Part shown: piece by piece, positions 61,250 through 64,000 of the stretch
Position numbering within the stretch: position 1 is the stretch's first letter
Layout: every line of letters begins with the position of its first letter
Source: Mobula hypostoma
Lineage: Eukaryota
DNA: 64,000 nucleotides
Assembly (NCBI RefSeq): GCF_963921235.1
Contig: NC_086108.1
Location: forward strand, 113,772,001 to 113,836,000
Reading direction: 5' to 3'
Position numbers and translations under genes: made by a program
The notes under the pieces: model-generated
What the model was told of the DNA's origin: nothing
Database searches by the model: none
Seen by the model: only the letters and a program-made list of their open reading frames with translations

Positions 61250-62270
61250 GCACTGGTGCTGCCAACATCGCTGCCTCTCTCCCAGATGCTAGATCTTTTT
61301 TATGCTAGTTCGATGTTGCCAACGCAGAACCCCCGTGGAGAGCTGTCGATGTGACCTGCACCTTGGTAATCTCTGAGGCTGAAGTACGCAGGTGTTTCCA
61401 ACGAATGGACAGCTGCAAGGCTGTAGAACCAGATGGCATCCCAGGGCGAGTACTCAGAATGTACCCCGCACAGCTGGCTGGTGTGTTTGCAGATATTTTT
61501 AATCTCTCCCTCTCCCAGTGTAGAGTGCCCTCCTGCTTCAAAATATCCAGCATTGTACCAAAAAAGACCAAAGTAACATGTCTGAACAACTGACGTCCTG
61601 TTGCATTCACCTCGATAATAAGCAAATGCTTTGAGAGACTGTTCAAGGACTACATTTGCAGTATGCTACCATCCACACTGGACCCCCTACAATTCGCATA
61701 CCAACACAACTAATCAACAGAAGATTCAATAGCTACAGCTCTGCATACCGTCCTTGCACATCTGGAGAAGAGGGACGCTTATGTGAGAGTGCTGATCTTG
61801 GACTACATTTCAGCATTCAACACCACAATGCCCTCCAGGCTTGACGAGAAGCTCAGAGACCTTGGCCTTCACCCTGCCTTGTGTAGCTGGATCTTGGACC
61901 TCCTGGCAGGTAGTAAGACTGGGCTCCCTCACCTCTGCCCCTCAACACAGGAGCTCCCCAAGGCTGTATCCTAAACCCCCTCCTTTACTCTCTGTACACC
62001 CATGACTGTGTCGCCACCACAGCTCCAATCTGCTAATTAAATTTGCAGATGATACTACATTGATAGGCCTAATCCGAGATAATAATGAAGCAGCCAAAGA
62101 GAAGAAGTCATCACCCTGATACAGTGTTTCAAGAGAACAACCTCTCCCTCAATGTTGCAGAAACAAAGAAGCTGGTTTTGGACTACAGTTGGAATGGGAA
62201 CAGGCCAACTCCTATTGACATCAATGGATCTGGGGTTGAGAGGGTGAACAGCTTCAAGTTCCTCAGTATC
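61250..62270 (+). mobile_element. Degenerate Rex1/Babar LINE fragment
   Basis: 'PDGIPGRVLR...QLAGVFADIFNLSL', 'AFNTTMPSRL'. Confidence 0.75.
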
Positions 62271-62279
62271 TCAGTATCT

Positions 62280-64000
62280 GTGACCAGGTCAGGTCACAGA
62301 TCTCTCAGTGGGTGAACATCTGGGGGACAGTGACCACTGCTCCCTGGCCTTTAGCATTATCATGGAAAAGGATGGAATCAGAGAGGGCAGGACAATTTTT
62401 AATCGGGGAAGGGCAAATTATGAGGCTATAAGGTTAGAACTTGCGGGTGTGAACTGGGATAATGCTTTTGCAGGGAAATGTACTATAGACATGTGGTCGA
62501 TGTTTAGGGATCTCTTGCAGGATGTTAGGGATAAATTTGACCCGGTGAGGAAAATAAAGAATGGTAGGGTGAAGGAACCATGGGTGATTAGTGAGGTGGA
62601 AAATCTAGTCAGGTGGAAGAAGGCAGCATACATAACGTTTAGGAAGCAAGGATCAAATGGGTCTATTGAGGAATATAGAGTAGCAAGAAAGGAGATTAAG
62701 AAGGGGCTGAGAAGAGCAAGAAGGGGGCATGAGAAGGCCTTGGCGAGTAGGGTAAAGGAAAACCCCAAGGCATTCTTCAATTATGTGAAGAACAAAAGGA
62801 TGACAGGAGTGAAGGTAGGACCAATTAGAGATAAAGGTGGGAAGATGTGCCTGGACGCTGTGGAAGTGAGCGAGGTCCTCAATGAATACTTTTCTTTGGT
62901 ATTCACAAATGAGAGGGAATTTGATGGTGAGGACAATATCAGTGAGATTGATGTTCTGGAGCATGTAGATATTAAGGGAGAGGAGGTGTTGGAGTTGTTA
63001 AAATACATTAGGACGGATAAGTCCCCGGGGCCTGACGGAATATTCCCCAGGCTGCTCCACGAGGCGAGGAAAGAGATTGCTGAGCCTCTGGCTAGGACTT
63101 TTATGTACTCGTTGTCCACGGGAATGGTACCGGAGGATTGGAGGGAGGCGAATGTTGTCCCCTTGTTCAAAAAAGGTAGTAGGGATAGGCCGGATAATTA
63201 TAGACCAGTGAGCCTTACGTCTGTGGTGGGAAAGCTGTTGGAAAAGATTCTTAGAGATAGGATCTATGGGCATTTAGAGAATCATGGTCTGATCAGGGAC
63301 AGTCAGCATGGCTTTGTGAAGGGCAGATCGTGTCTAACAAGCCTGATAGAGTTCTTTGAGGAGGTGACCAGGCATATAGATGAGGGTAGTGCAGTGGATG
63401 CGATCAACATGGATTTTAGTAAGGCATTTGTCAAGGTTCCGCATGGTAGGCTTATTCAGAAAGTCAGAAGGCATGGATGTTTGGCCAGGTGGATTCAGAA
63501 TTGGCTTGCCTGCAGAAGGCAGAGGGTCATAGTGGAGGGAGTACATTCAGGTTGGAGGGTTGTGACTAGTGATGTCCCACAAGGATCTGTTCTGGGATCT
63601 CTACTCTTCGTGATTTTTATAAACGACCTGGATGTGGGGGTAGAAGGGTGGGTTGGCAAGTTTGCAGACGACACAAAGGTTGGTAGTGTTGTAGATAGTG
63701 TTGGGGATTGTCGAAGATTGCAGAGAAACATTGACAGGATGCAGAAGTGGGTTGAAAAGCGGCAGATGGAGTTCAACCCAGAGAAGTGTGAGGTGGTACA
63801 CTTTGGAAGGACAAACTCCAAGGCAGAGTACAAAGTAAATGGCAGGATACTTGGTAGTGTGGAGGAGCACAGGGATCTGGGGGTACATGTCCACAGATCA
63901 CAGAAAGTTGCCTCACAGGTGGATAGGGTAGATAAGAAAGCTTATGGGGTGTTAGCTTTCATAAGTTGAGGGATAGAACTTAAGAGTCGCGATGTAATGA
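62280..64000 (+). mobile_element. CR1 LINE ORF2 (young subfamily), running off the window end
   Basis: 553-aa ORF 62308..63969, near-identical to the other young copies. Confidence 0.9.

Overview
Eukaryotic vertebrate genomic DNA. The CR1/Rex1/Penelope repeat set suggests a cartilaginous fish, probably a ray (inference). Almost the whole window is nested transposable elements: CR1, Rex1/Babar, L1, L2, Penelope, Gypsy, BEL/Pao, hAT and Tigger/pogo. I found one real host exon: a 174-bp minus-strand MSH4 exon (22754-22927) with AG/GT splice sites, so the window is probably mostly two very large MSH4 introns. The standout is a Gypsy-type LTR element (46418-53680, minus strand) with both LTRs, a PBS, a PPT, a 5-bp TSD, gag and protease. 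Its RT/RNaseH/integrase region has been replaced by three fused host-gene fragments: intronless SUDS3 and YBX1-like 5' parts in sense, and an RNF213-like segment in antisense. Other highlights are a full-length L1 inserted into the YLDD motif of a second Gypsy RT (15-bp TSD), Penelope-associated minimal hammerhead ribozyme motifs, and multi-level nesting inside a BEL/Pao element. Gene identities come from recalled protein sequences, not database searches. Most TE boundaries are approximate.
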